From Laetmonice hystrix (Eukaryota), in the NCBI GenBank assembly GCA_965235115.1, contig OZ249436.1:30194001-30258000 (forward strand): DNA of 64,000 bases, in the 5' to 3' direction. Below, piece after piece: positions 11,801-26,581 of this stretch. The stretch's first letter is position 1; every line of letters starts with the position of its first letter. The notes under the pieces were generated by a model. It had not been told where the DNA came from, did no database searches, and worked only from the letters and a program-made list of their open reading frames with translations. Made by a program: the position numbers and the translations under genes.

Positions 11801-14800
11801 ACGTGCATAATACCTGTATGGGTGGGACGACCTACTAACTTACAAAGGTTGTATAACAATTGTCCTAAGGTTTAGATATTTCAGTAATTCTTACAACTTA
11901 ACACTTATTACGTAAAATTACGATCAAATCCCCTGGCATTACTCTCCCCGAAGATACAATGGCTTAAGGTCTACTGAGTACTTTACAGTGTATTATAATG
12001 AGGAAGTTGCCGTTTGCCGTCCAGATCGACGTGGCAAATTAATAGAAGTTAGACTTTAGATATAAAAAAAGAAGAAGATGTTAAAATTTTTTTTAAAACC
12101 TCTGAAATGCAATTCTGTCGATGTTTTGGTCCATTATAGCGAATCTGGAGTGTTCCCTAAAATTCAAAATGGGGCACTATATATGGCGCTTGCCAACTGG
12201 CAGAGGCGGCCTTTGGGGACGGCCAGCTGACCTGACTTCAGAAGCATGGGAGGGTTGGGGGGGGGGTGTATACTGGAGCGTGTCCCACGACTTCTTACCC
12301 TGAAAGGATGGGGTTCATTGTTCAGAGTTGTACAATACCCCATAAAAATGCATTGGTCCTTGCTGAGGTTTTAGAGGGTTTCCATGAGAAAATGTCAAAA
12401 GGGCGCATTTGGAAATTACTTTTCCGTTTCAGTGATGAGATATATCATCCAAAGATGGTAAAAGAAGAATAAATTGACACTTTTAAAACAGGCTTTTCGG
12501 ACTTGCATCGAGGACTCATTGAAGGTGAAACTGGAAATATAAGTTTTACGCTCAAAATGTACATCTCTCCCACTTAGAAAATCTATACCAAACGTATGTT
12601 ATCTAAAGTTGTTTATTTCAACCCTCCCATATCTTTAAAATGTCCGAATTTGAGGACACGTAAATAGTTTTATTCCATGCACTGGGTTGCCTCGGGTCAT
12701 ATCGTTAATCAGAAAAAGAAACAAGGAAGAAAAATTTTACTTTTAAGACGCCGATCAAAATATAAACAACACAGCAAAGATCAGACTATCGTATACCGCT
12801 CGTTCTATAACCACTCGGCATAGTTTTTTTTCTGTATACAAACCCAGGTAACGGCAGCAGTTCGCAATCGATCCAGTTGCTTTTTCGACTGACAGAAATT
12901 ATGTGCCCCATTTCGTGAATAGACCGAGCAATGCTTGGCGGTGAAATAATATCATAACGGCTTCAATAATGCGTTCACGCATGAGTCTTGATTGGTGGCA
13001 TTCACAGCTTGACTGTGGATAGAGAACCCATGTCACGCATGGCAGGGCCCGGTGGTCGCGGGCGGGTGGTGGTGGTGGTGAGGTGGGGGATGTGTGGGTT
13101 TGGGGGTGGGGGCGTGTCGATAATCCGTCCCCAGTACCGTTGCTATCACTTAGCACTCTAGAAATCATGGGCTTAACATCAGTCTTAGACTCTCGGTATG
13201 GTTTACTGGATTTAGTTCCGTTCTTGCCATAGTCACATCACCCAAGACGGCATCACCCAGTGAGACTTGTGATGCTAACTAGTTATTAACGGGGTGTGCA
13301 CATAAATACCTGCTTGAAACTATAGATTGATTGACGCTTCTATCGCAAAACCGTGGAAAGTACCTACATGGATACCGGATTATTACAGTGATACGTGTAT
13401 TATGTGGAGATCGTCTGTTTACTATCCTATTTCATCATCCTGCTGAGAATACATGCAATGCAAGACGTACCCAAGATAAGGTAATTTATTGTTTGGTTAA
13501 ACGCCGTCAATACAAACACTTTCCATTTATCACGGAGTAAGGTGAGCTTATAACACTGCAACTCGGGTCGGTCCCTGGTCATCTGTTGACTTCCATTTAG
13601 CTTATACTTCATGTAGGAATCGGTCATCGAATGCAAGCACAAATGAGCATAATATTATTCTATTGTTACATACTCAAACAGGTCAAAGTAATTTCTTTTT
13701 TTCGTATTGCCCTTTTTATGGACTAAAGAGAGAGAAAAGAAGAAGAAAAGGGAAAGGTCAAGTACTAAACTTGACTCGCGGGAATGATTTTTTTCTCCCG
13801 TCATGCGGTAAAGAACAAGGCGTCCTAGCTATATATTGCAGGTAGTGAAGGGGGGGGGGGCTGGGTTAGGGGACCTACATCATGGTCTGGTGACTGAGAG
13901 ATCTGTGGAAAATCTCACGGGTCGACACATGTATCTCCTTTTGTATGGTTTGGATGCCGATAATTTCCAAACAAACTCCGAACTGTCGGCCATGTCATGC
14001 CTTCCCCCTGCGCTCCGCCATGGACACAGACTCGGCCGGTAGACGATAAGCTTTTTTCTTACAATACTTTGTTAACTGAAACACGGACGAAATCGTTGAT
14101 CTGGAAGGAATCTGGCCTGATGTAACCCGGTCAATCCCACCGCCTTCCCACTCAGGAATGCAGGACCTATTGCGCCACGATTGAGTGCATCTGGGCACGA
14201 TCCTCCCTCCCCCTCTCCCAATGGTGGCCCGACAGAGGCGGTTACTGGGTCCGTGCTGTACATAAGGCGCTGCGACTGGTATTACTTACAACCAGTCATC
14301 CTGAACGGCCATTCTGGTCGCCGACTGCATGCCTGACCGTTCTTTAAAGTGTAGGCGTATAGTCACGACTGCAGGCCAGACTTGTTCGACGTCACTGGCC
14401 CTCCGGAAGTACACCTGTGAAACCGCGCGGATTTAGGGTCGAGTAAAATCTGCCATGGAACGTGCCAAAAGACACTTATCAAAATTACCGCTGGACTGCA
14501 CCTCCAAAAAATAAGGCCGACTACTGGCTTCGATTTTGGTGGGGCAATCAAACATGTATTTACATGTGTGAGAAGCAAAAGCTGCTTTAAAGTCTAGTCT
14601 ATATTACGGAAATCAAAACAGCCAAGTAATTATAGGGCCAGCCCCCAAAGCAGCATTTATAAATAGGCCTAAGTATGCATCATTGCACCAAGACAGCCAT
14701 TACAGTATTCATTGACCAACTAAGGCGTCTCCTCTTAAGTTCCCAAGAAAATCGTATTCGCCAAGTGGGGAAAAAAGACGATATAGTAAAACGTGGTTCG

Positions 14801-15589
14801 ACTTTTGACTGGGCGAATTCCTGAATATTTCAATGGTGAACCAAGGTGGGCCAAAGTGCATGAAACAATGCCTATATGTGGCCATAGGCGAGTAGAGCTA
14901 TGACGTTCAACGACATATATTGTACTGAAAAGTAACAGTGCCTGCAGGGATGTATTTGTCTTCCGAGGAAGCGGCTTTCTCCACACTGGCCTTTTTCAAT
15001 AAGCACAAAAACTAAAGTGAGCCTTGACCAAAAGGGGACAAACGATGAAAAACAATGATTTACAATAATACATGTGTAGTCTATAAGGTATAACATTGTG
15101 TATCCTTCATTGTAGTTGTTTTGACGTTTTGTTATTGTTTTGCTCTTATCAGACAGCCATTAAAATCGGCGTAATGCAATGAGAACCTTGCTCAATATAT
15201 CAGGCTAATTGTCCCCACGCATACATCACACCCGTGAGCTTATCCTCGCGATGTGACGCCTGAATGGGGTAATTAAATAAGTACAATATTATTATGGTGG
15301 TTAGGTACAACCATGAGAGGGAAGGGACATTCTCCAAGCGGGACACAATCGGATCTCTGGCAGAAGTCCAGGTACCTAACAGTGCAAAGGCAAATGTCAC
15401 GATCGAGTAATTCCACAGTATGTCCACCAGAATTGGAGATTTAAAATAATAAAGTGAGAAATCAGGTTGGAGATATATCTTGCCGTGTTTTCTTGACCTT
15501 CACATGTCCTCGAATGAGGCTTTCTTTAATTTACTACAAGAAAAGTACCATTTAGGAGGTTTGCAAGGCATGCTCAGTGCGAATGTATT

Positions 15590-15943
15590 TATAGCCAATG
15601 GAACTCGCTTAGCCAGTGTGAGGGAGCTACCATTGGTTGGAGGTGGGCGCCGTCGAAGCGAGGCGGGCGCACTGAGGCGTGGAGAGCCTCGCGCGGTCAG
15701 CTTGCGGACGGGGAGTCGGTCGGCGGGGAACAAGATTAAGAGTGGCCGCCGCAGACGGGCGAAAGTTTAAGGTGTGGGAATAGCGCAAGCTTTCCTACAG
15801 GAGTGCCCTAGTAGATCAAAGTCTTCAGTAGGACTGGCGCACATGGATAGGCCTATGGTCTGATTATACGTGGGGTTTTACGTACGATGGGCTGGAAGGC
15901 CGCAACCAGCGCGTCCAATCATGTGCTGAAAACTTTGGTAAGT
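15590..15943 (+). promoter_or_regulatory. Candidate CpG-rich promoter / non-coding first exon of the collagen gene
   Basis: Locally GC/CpG-rich segment with CCAAT motifs in both orientations, followed by a consensus donor GTAAGT at 15938. The ATG exon at 17617 has a 3' splice site, so an upstream exon is expected. Confidence 0.3.
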
Positions 15944-17619
15944 TGTGTCTATGCCTGCCGTCAGGGTCTTTCAGTGTCTTAAGATCCATGTTGTAACCGC
16001 TGTCAGATTATGCCATCTCCTTAAGGCATGCTCTGTGCCCCCCCCCCCGCCCCCCTTTTATTTTCCATCTGGCCGGTACTAAGTCTGCTCCTTGTCGATC
16101 TGGCATCCCTGGACGGGCCGTATTGCCAGGACGGGGTAGCACCTACAGTTTTCGTTTGACCTCACCATGCTGTCTGGCTACAAATTGCATGCCAAACAGG
16201 CCCGGGCAACAAGGGGCTGGGGACGGGGCTGGCATTGCCTCTTGGCTGAAGGTCTGACCCATTACCAAGGCCGCCTGCCACATTCCGTGTTTAGTATGTC
16301 CCAAAATATATACAGTCAATAAAATTTATACGTATGGGGAAGCGTGTGCTGAGATAGGTTAGTAGTTATGAACCTTACAGCAAGAAGTATTCATGTGGCC
16401 AGATGCTTTGCATGCAGGTATTTCCCTCTGGACACACGGTGACTATCAGAGCGGTCTTTAAGAACCGAGTGAAGGTGGTTAGCAATATGTATCATAGCAA
16501 CAAGCAGTAGGCCGGGTTATCTCGACAATGAGAGCAAGTGTTGGGGTACTGTAGGGTTATAGGACGTACATTCTGTATACCTGTGAACATTGAAAAGTGA
16601 CCACCGACATGGTGTCACTGGTAGCCTTAATAGGTGATATATCAACAGGCTATACCGGAAACCTTCTCTTCCCTTGGGGTTGTCTGATCGTGTCGTGCCT
16701 AGGAACTATAGCCCCCGCCATTCCACCATTAGCTTACCCTACAAAGCTCGCACACACTGCGCTGTCACTGAAACAAAATATTTGCTTCTTGATACCCGGT
16801 AGTAGAACACCCCCCCCCCCCCCTTAAACTCCCACCCCCAGAAAGCTCACGTATCCTACGCCTAGGTTGAGGTAACTCTTTGGCTGACCAGGTAAACTCG
16901 AGACATCCCACCTCAGGTGAAGGAGGAGGGCTGTTTGGGGGGCGCATTCCAGAGTCTGCGGGTTTACGTCACGGGCCAAAGGCGGCTTGCGTGTCTCCAA
17001 GTCGCCGACACATAACCACTATACATTCATGACCTTCTTTCCTGAAAACAAGAGGCGTCTTCAAAATAGCCTGGGTATATATTTGGCCATTGATGAACCG
17101 TGGTCATTTGAGGCCTTGTCCACCTGGAAGCATCTTAGCCCACATTATAGCTCCAAGCCTTAGCGTCGCCGCTGCTTAAATGCTGCAGAATAATAATTAA
17201 ACTGCAGTATATACCGGCAAACTTACACGGCCAACAGCAATGGAATGTCGAAGTACACTGGCTGCTTTTGGGGCAACAGGAGTTGTGCCTTACTGATGTC
17301 GACCGAGGATTTACTAGATGCGACCTATTTCAGTTTATGTTGACTTACCCTCGTGCTACTGTGGAAAGACATGAAGGAGACAGATGAGGAGGACATCAAG
17401 ACAGTGCTGACATATTGCTTTTATCGTTTTTAAGACTTGCCGTATTGCTGGACAATATTGTGCACACCTGATTCTACCCGTATCCCCGGAGGATTCTGGA
17501 TACGATCCACACGCTGCGGACGTCTATACAATAATCTCATTGCCTTAGCAGAGACTAAAGGACTCCGATATTATTTATCCAAAGGACTCAGATAGTATTA
17601 TTATTATTATTTACAGGAG

Positions 17620-17683
17620 ATGAAGATTTTCGTGGGAATCGTTTTACTAGCGGCGCTCACTGCTGGGCCGGTCCTTGGTCAAG
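17620..17683 (+). CDS. Coding exon 1: signal peptide MKIFVGIVLLAALTAGPVLGQ
   Basis: TTACAG acceptor, then GAG ATG. Basic residue, hydrophobic core and small-residue cleavage region. Phase-1 donor GTAAGG at 17684. Confidence 0.85.
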
Positions 17684-20600
17684 GTAAGGTCTTTTTGTTT
17701 CAAGCCTGGTCATTATAACCTTCGTGTTCTCGCCAGAGTATGTTAAGACACCGAATATTAGTTAAGTCCTAGATTTAAGCATCAAACTAGTCGTAAGAGA
17801 ATGGCTTTTAGCATTAAGTGTTTCATTATGTTGTGTTGTGTTTCTTACAGGTCACGGAAAAGATTCAATTGTTTCCTCTTTTCTTAGGGGATCTCTGCTA
17901 ATATTGTTCTAACATGTTAATATTATTTTGATTTTATATCTCTGCATTGAATGTGAATCTTAGATGTATTACATTAATGACTCTGAATACACCCGTTTAA
18001 CCTTGACGTCCAACATATATACCTACATAATATATAGTGACATCTAGTTTCTAAATAACGGATTAGTACCGTAATTCTCCTTCCCCATTCGCCGTGTTTA
18101 CCCATTCAATTTAAATATACAACGTCTCGACATGATTAACATGAATCAAGAAATACATAAAGGGTCTAAAGTAATCGTTCTGTACCTGCTCCCTGCAAGC
18201 CATTTCCGTATGACACTTCTCAAAGCGCTCCCACAAAGCAACACGAGGACTTTGAGCCAGTTTCTTCGGTTTTTAATCTTTTTTTGTTATTTCCCCGAGC
18301 CCCTTTCATGCCAAGGCATTGTGAGAGAATCCAAATACTGTTGTTGACAGCCCACGTTGCCCTTTATATCCGATGCTGGTCACATAGGCAGTTCCCGTGT
18401 CTCCGACACAGCCAGAACCACCTACACACTGTCATATTTCGACTTAAATACCCTTTCGGAATACATGTTCTTTTTTTCAACAAACCTGCACTCGTTCAAA
18501 TAGGCCCACCGGAATAAGTAGGCGAACGACCATGAAGGCAAAACGTAGACAGACAACAACAAAAAACGGCGGCTACAGAATATAGACACGGGACGGGGTG
18601 GGGGGTGGGGGGTATACATTGTCTGGGGGAAGAATCAGATCCCGCCAAGTTTAATATCACTTTAGTTACCTGGCGGGCATGGCCAACCAACCTCTTCCGT
18701 ACCGTGGGCATGTTGTAGCTCTTAAACAAGTAGAACGATCGCGAAAGACGGTGGGAAACGCGCCCTGATTAACATGGTTGCCCAAATAACCAGGTCAAGT
18801 GCAGGAGTTCAAATGTGTGCAAGCCAGTGCACGTCAAGATGCCATGCTATATGTATGTTGATGTTCAGGGAAGAAACTACCGTACACCTTTACTATTACC
18901 CGCATATTTGGTTGGGCCAGACGTCTCGCCCTTACCTGAACTTCTTCTTATCCCCCCAAAATCGCCACTTTTGAATGTGTGAAAATAACGCTCTCAATTA
19001 GTCAGGTATGGAAGACGTCTATTGTTTCCGTTTTAATTATCATGCGATATGTATTTTTTTTAATAACAAAAGACGATTCTGTGAAATATGCAACAAACGA
19101 TCGCCCTGCGACTACCAGGTTACGTGCATGCCTTTTGTCGGGCATACTAAAACCTTCGTGATATGTATCGAGTTGCTATGTAAAACCTTGCATGCACGCA
19201 ATCATGCGTTACTCGAAATGACGGTGACGACTTTGACAATATGTAGTAGACCTATGCATACTATGTACGAATGCATTCAAACAGACCGTGCATTGTTCAT
19301 GGGTAGTACCTATAAGTAACATAATAATGTATTGAGATTGTTTTCTAGTGACATGTGTATTATGAGTCCACATTTCATTCAAAAACAAAGTGATTACATA
19401 AAACAAACCAGAGAAGGCGAAAACGCTAATTAATCCCACAAAGGAGCCAAAAGGAGCAGTATATATAATAAGCAAACCTTTTGTTATGAGATTTGTAAGA
19501 AAACACATACCCTAACACATTACCACATAACACGTTCCGACACTTATAATCACGTAACAGTACACGGCAGTCGCTTCACGCATGGCTAAACTTGGGCGGC
19601 GTGCAAGCGGTACCTGTACCATGCATGCATGCTGACAATTATAAAGATCCGATTTCTTTAAAATATAAAACTTCATAAGCAGACCAATGCCAAAATGGTG
19701 CGATTCAGTTCACCATTTTGTAGGACTGGTTTTCGATTGAATTGATGACACCTGAACAGTTTAAATTGCTGTTCACACTCTCGGTCGTATTTTTGTAAGG
19801 GATCTTTGCCTTCGAATACGATATTGACGGTAGTATGAGACGGACTATTATAAACATGCTGACAGTGTAATTTCTGTAGACAGTGTATAATGCAAAATGT
19901 ACGACAAACGTGTTTTGGTGCTAATTAGCGTTATAAAGATACGTTGGGACAATATAACGCTCAGTAAACAATGGTATTGGATACTATTATAGGCACATTA
20001 TTACTATTACAACCTCTATTGTAGACCTTCACGAATGAATATGGACAGTTACCTACTTATTTGATCTAATTAAGGAATAAACGAGTCATTTTCTTTGAAC
20101 CATTTTAAATGAGTGCATGCAGGCCGGTGGTCATAGCCCTGGTAAGAATACGTTATATGAAAATAGTTAGAGAGCGATGAAAATTTTTTTTAGGGGAGAG
20201 TCTTTCTGGCCAAGTTAAGCGCCAATAGTTAATATATAGCGACAGCTGACAGCTTTCAATATTATTGCTTGTCTTACCGAAAAATTAAAATAGGTATCGG
20301 AGCCTACTTCTAAAATCAGATATACCTTGTGCAATATCTGCAATGTTAAATGTCACTTTAAACGTAATGTAATGGAAACTGGAAATATTTGTCTAATATC
20401 CTACCCCTGTATTCTATTCCTTGTTGAATAAGTATAATTTTGTTGGGAGTTTCCAATTAAAAAAAGAAAGGGAAAAATTGTCAAAAGCTTATTGTCAACA
20501 AATGTGATTATTCTCCATGTGTATGTTATGTAGGGCAGGCGTGCACCATTCGTATTACCAGTATGTATTAATTCACATGTTTCTGTGTCAGAATGAGTGC

Positions 20601-21029
20601 TCATTTAAATGCAAACCAGGCCGTTGGAATGTTTCTTTTCAAAACTATAAGAAGATGCAGAAAAAAAGGATACCGAGGGAAGTGAAGATGATAATTAAGT
20701 TAGGTGTGTGGCATGCTTGTGGCTGAATGGTATTTTCCGTGGAATATCACACCATTCCCATTACAAAAGGCTCCGTATATATAAATGTACATAGTAAACA
20801 CTAATTAGGCGATGACGTAAAGGGGTCACGACATTGTGAAGGATGTCACTGTCAGTCTATGAGTGTAGACCGTCCTGAACCCAGAGAGCACGCGCTGTAT
20901 GTAAATACACGTGTTAGAGGACACGCAATAAAAATGTAGTGAATCAAAACTATAAGGTCATGCACATAATATGCACATACATATATTATACACACATAGA
21001 CAGGTTAGAACTGAAGTGCAGACAGGAGT

Positions 21030-21199
21030 CAGGGGTGGATCCAGGATTTTGGTAAAGGGGGGAGGCTTCAGGGGTAGAATTTGCTAAGGGGGGGGGGGGG
21101 TTCATCATGGTCAATTCAGAAAGTTCTATGGGGAAAAAATAATAATTGGTTGCCAAAGGGGGGGGGGGTCGAACCCCCTGCCCCCCGACCAGCCCCTTG
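21030..21199. mobile_element. Short G-rich non-autonomous element fragment (CAGGGGTGGATCC terminus)
   Basis: The 5' end resembles the terminus of the 39131 element. It has internal G tracts, and the right end is degenerate. Confidence 0.35.
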
Positions 21200-22172
21200 G
21201 GGTGACACAAAGACAGACTGAATTGTCTTCCCGAATTATTCGTCGCTATAAAGTTTCTTGAGCGGAATCGTATTTCCTAATCGTAGGATGGTATTTCAAG
21301 ACTTCCTCTGCTGTACTCCTCGTTCTCCCAATAATTATCACTAACATTGAGAAATTGGCCTCAGAGATAAAGAATGAACAGTTTATACTTAGAGGAGATA
21401 TGCAATGAGCAAGAACACGCTCGAGTCTATTCTGGACCAGTGGCGTGAGAGGGGACATGGGCCATGTAGTACGAACACTTCATCTTTCTTTCCGAATCCT
21501 CAGAGGGATTCTGGGCAACCATTTCAAGGTTACTAGGCCATAGACAACACCCTGTCTATTTTCAGGAACAATTTAAGCGTGCTCTTTTCGTTCTTGTCTC
21601 TCTTAATTATTATGTGAATGACACAGATGGAGAGTTCTACATCCTAGGTTACGCACCATACCAATGGAATAAAATAGCGGAAAGCAATTAGGTTAGCGGC
21701 TCAATATTATGACTCGTGTCTGCTTTACTTCAGCAGCCTGTGGATTTGTGGATGGAACTGGAGATGTATTGACAGGATTCATGTCCTCATTCTATAGCTA
21801 GAGCTAGACTGGTCTTCTTTCCTCCAAGTCATTTCCATTTATCGTACATTGCTCGCTAAGTATGGCAACCGGTTTGACGAGCGCCTTAGCTATTTTTAAC
21901 CAGTGACCCACAAGAAAGGGATCATGGTGCAATGCCTGCCATAAGGTCATATGCCGTTACGTATCCCGTAGCATGTAGACCGCAGGCCCGATTTAAAACA
22001 AAGACACTTGAGTCAGCTCATGATCGGATATTTTAAATACTCAGTGTACATAGTATATGATTACATATGGATGTGGGGATAGTTGGCACTCTGAATAGAG
22101 GCATGGGAAGTCAAGCCGTAGAGCGTGAACAGTCGCACACGAGCATGCAATGAATGGATTAGACAAGACTTT

Positions 22173-22608
22173 CTGTCATACAGGAAGCCACTGGACCACT
22201 GTCATCAGGGAAGACATTGACCGCATATTATTTAGGAAGCCGTTGGCTTCTTGTCATGAAGGAACATTGCCCCCGCATGACATCGAGGGACACAGTGACT
22301 TGGTGTGAAAAACTGAGGAAGGCATTGACATCCTGTCATGAAGGAAGGCATTTACCTCTTGTGTAGGAAGCCACTGACGTCCCCTTATGATTGAAGCCAT
22401 TGACCTTATACCATAAACGAAGATACTGACCTCCTGTTCATGGAGGAAACTATTAACTTCCTGTCTTGAAGGAAGCCATTGACCTCATGTAGGAAGCCAT
22501 TGACCTCATGCAGGAAGCCATTGAACTCATGTCATAGAGGAAGCCAGTGTCCTTACTCTGACCTCTTCTCATTAAGGAAACTAGTGACCTGTCATGCAGG
22601 AAGCCACT
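22173..22608. repeat. Degenerate minisatellite (core AGGAAGCCATTGACCTC)
   Basis: Regular 21-bp period at 22470/22491/22512, with more diverged copies on both sides. Confidence 0.8.
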
Positions 22609-25600
22609 TAATGCCAACCGTCTGTGAACATAAACATTGATTGTGGAGGAAAACCATAAAAAAATATTCGTGAAACTATAGAGTCGATACCATTATTTTG
22701 TTATTGATTATGTCAAACATGCAGAAATATATGTCCGTATGCATGCAGTGAGGATGTGGATAGGAAATGGCAGGGCTGACAAAGGCGTAAGAGAAACACA
22801 GAGAAAGAAATAAAGTATTTTCAATTTACCTCAGTCGGGTCATGGTTGAGGGGATATTCAAGCTCTGGTTACCACTGTGCAATATTTCGAACTCCTTCAA
22901 CAACAAAAGAAAAAAACCACAGAGGCATCAAGCAGTCACTTGTCACTCTCTCCCAAAAATATGATCACAGGCCATAACTTCGAATGGACTGTTTATGGAG
23001 CAGTTCGCTGAGGTTATGTATGGGTATTTCTAAATGATGAATTGTTTGCATGACTTCACAGCAAATTCCGACTTTATTGACCGTAATAGGCCATAGTCGA
23101 TGGCACCCACTGTCGTTGGTTCATTAGCGTGGATATTTATGAAAATTTTTAATTTGGTTCCTGGGTCTAATGGCATGCGCCCGTGACCATTCTACGGGAT
23201 GTTTTCAACCAACGCAAGTACCAGGGGGGTATCCTCGGTTTGCAATGGCCCACTGTCATTGGCGTAAATGCATGACTTGGAAAAAAAGTTTAAGCAATTA
23301 GTGTGACTCACACATTCCGATTCATTTGGGGGACATGTCGGTGTGGTGGTACGCCCCCATATCTAATTCTTTCACAAAGGATATACCTGGAAGAAAAACA
23401 ACCCCATAAATTATGATTGGCTTATATAAGAACTATGGAATTCTCTGTATTTTTCTATCCATAATACTATTATAAAGAGAACACAACGGTTGTCACAATG
23501 TTGGCTTTGGCAAAACTTAGGAACATGCTAAGCAGTGCATGTCGTCTACGTGAAATGATCCAACTCGGTAAAATATGTTTTTATAACTTAGATAGAAACA
23601 CCTTTAGTAAGTTAATTAAGATTTCTGGTTAGAACTACCAATATAAGATACACAAGACCTCGGCATAAGTTAAATGGGATATCAATGAATTGGAGCAATT
23701 GTTATAATTATAGCCAATGGCGATTCCTATCTATGGCGCTTAATTATTAGGGTCACATGTGTGTGCAAATGGGATACACTTCAATGCGGTTAGCCCTGAG
23801 GCATGTCCAAACCACGAATCGTGAGGTCTCGAACAAATAGAGTCTGACCGGAAGTTTGGACAGCTATTTCTTCGGAAATTGGCCTTTCGAATAATTCTCA
23901 GACTTATATATGAGATACCAAATAAGATTATTAAAAACAAAATGGAAATTCATAAGCAAAAGATTTGCCTGTACTGTTAAACCTTTTTTATTAGTAATTT
24001 TGAATTAGATATGTTCTGTACTAGGAATTATCCATGGTAATTGGTACAAAATAAGGCTCCCTTATTTATGTGATAGAGCTATAAGAACGGATAGGTCAAC
24101 CCTAACTGACGCCGTATATAGGATAGATTTTCACCCGCGGCAGATACACGTAGCTTCCATTATAGGCACTGTAGGCATTTTCCACAGAAATGAAATAAAT
24201 AAATAAAAATGCCAAAAAGAGGAGATGGCGGTTATAGGTCTAGGGTATGTGTAAAATTAAATTAAAAATAGATTCTAAAAAAAGTACCAGAATTCCTCTT
24301 TCATAAACGCTAGTTCCTTACTCTGACCGCTGGCGTTTTTATTGAGGCAAAAGGGCCTGTACGTTTATTTCAGCCAAGATAAGCCCCTGATATAGAGAGT
24401 ACACCAGAGCTCCCCCCGCTCTCTGTATTTATCCTGAGTCCCTCAGTGGTCAGTGGTGGTCAGTGTTTCCATTACGAGAAGTGCTGAGCTCGGAGCTCAC
24501 ACTGACCGGGGTGACTGACTGCCCTACTAGTCCAGAGAGAGTGCCTCGATCTGAAAGCGATCCGACCGGTGTGACCGGGTCTCCGTGTGGTGGGTCACTC
24601 ACTCACTAACCCACTCCCAACCACCACCACTGCCACCATCACCACCACCACCACCACTACCACAGACACCCCTTGAGTACAACTCCCCCACTGGAAGCCC
24701 TACCTGTCCCGCATTCACGCATCAGTGACCCGCGCATTGGCCCGTGTCTTCGCCGATCATTTTCAGCGCGAACAAAAGACTGCGAAAATTAGAGCACGGA
24801 CATACACGCATTAAGATATATATTAATTTTCCCGCGACTCGTGATAGAAAAGGGATGAAAATCAATCAGAGATCAATAACCGTTCCCCTCACCCACATGC
24901 ACACACAACTGCCTCACTTCCACCCCCCCCCCCCAGCCCTCCCCCCTTCGGCCCGCATGCACACGAGGTCGGGCGGGCGTGAAGCCATTATGTACACAAT
25001 CCGCGGTTAATCACCAGGTGGGGGTAAGGTGGGGGTGGTTATTTGTCCCTGATTATTCGAGTTATTTTCAAAACGAGAGGAGAACCCATGAACTATATAT
25101 ATACCCATACTTTCTAATGCACTCTCGACGAATTCAAAACGAGACCACGTTCGATTACACTATGTGCACTTTCCGCGACTGCAATTGACGATCCGGAGAT
25201 TTGTAGAAATCATTGGTCCTATATCGAGGGAGGAGGGGAGGGGGTGCAAATACACCACAGACAGTGTCTATATTATGTGCCAACATGTCTCCTCGTTAAT
25301 GGGCAGCTAGGTTCACACCAGTCGTCCTTTCCTTCACAACCAACAAGGCAGTCAAAAGCAAATTTAGTTCTGCTCTGATTGTGCCAGCCTTGGATGCTTA
25401 TTGAATATACACAGCGGCGATTGTAACCATACTGGAATGCAGACTGGTGCGTCCGACCGGCCTAGATCGACTGGCCTTGCGTAACCATTGCTAAAACAAT
25501 TCATATTTTCTCCTTCCTAATTGACCCTCAGACTGCATTCATGATCAAAATATTAAAGACACAACAGCCAGGCCGCCGTCTACAATAAATTGCTCTACGG

Positions 25601-25829
25601 AGCAAATTTACTTTTGGTGTGGCCTATGTGCCTTGGCATTTTTGTCGACTCTTTTTTTACCATTATTTATTGGTGGTTGGATGAATGTACTGAAGACAGA
25701 AATAGGGCAACGTGTCTGTGAAACAAATTCTATGGTTACAGTGGTACGTCTGATATTTCTATTGGTTTGATTTATTTATCAGTTTTATTTATTTGTCAGA
25801 GTCAAGCAAAATATGTCTGTTTGGTTTAG

Positions 25830-26474
25830 GTTCGGTTCGTGCAAGCGTCAGACCTATGGTCCAGTCTATGGTGGACCTGACTCTGTGCTTCCACACCAGC
25901 TCGGACCTCCGAAATGGCGAGAGGGAGGCTATGGTCAATCAAGCAAAGTCACTTCTCGACTTCATTTTGATTGGCCCGGACCAAACCCGCGTTTCGTTGG
26001 TGTTCTATGACGGCCTACGAGCGCGGGTTGTCCGAAGGTTCCAACAGAATGGGGGTGTCATTGCCAACACGGAGAACCTCAAGTCAGAAATCGATGGGGT
26101 CCTCACTGAGGTGGGTCAATCCGGGGCCGCCGTCTCTGAAGTCTTGCGGCTTCTCGTCGACGATATTTATACGGCTGATTCCGGAGATAGAGAAAATGTA
26201 GGGAATCTAGTCCTACTGATGGTAGGCGGAGGAGGGAACCTTGTCCTGTCCTCGCTTCAAAACATTCAGTTCCAAGTGAGCCGACTGCGACGTGAAGAGA
26301 TCGGAATTCTTGTGATGGCCCTCAACAGCCAGTTCTCGACGGAGGTGCAGTCCCGTCTGGAGGTAGCATCGTGGCGTTCCTCCAGTCTTCTCCAACCTCG
26401 CAACACCAACACGTTCATCACTGACCAACTGCGCACCATACTCCTGCTCGGACAGGCCATTGTGTCCAGCTTTG
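25830..26474 (+). CDS. vWA domain 1 exon (alternative in-phase acceptor at 25800)
   Basis: ORF 25793..26509 has vWA-type motifs VDLTLCF, TRVSLVFY and SGDRENVGNLVLLM. Acceptor TTTAG, donor GTGAGA, phase 1-1. Confidence 0.88.
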
Positions 26475-26581
26475 GTGAGAAACCCAGCTTTTGGGACGCC
26501 ATGCCTTGAATGATAAACCATCTATATATCGCTTCCGGTGGTTGGGAAAGCAGCCTTCATTCTATCTTCTTATATCTATTT

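Noticed and set aside
17239-17262. TGGAATGTCGAAGTAC resembling miR-1 seed region
   Set aside because: Similarity is limited to about 8 nt and there is no complementary star arm.
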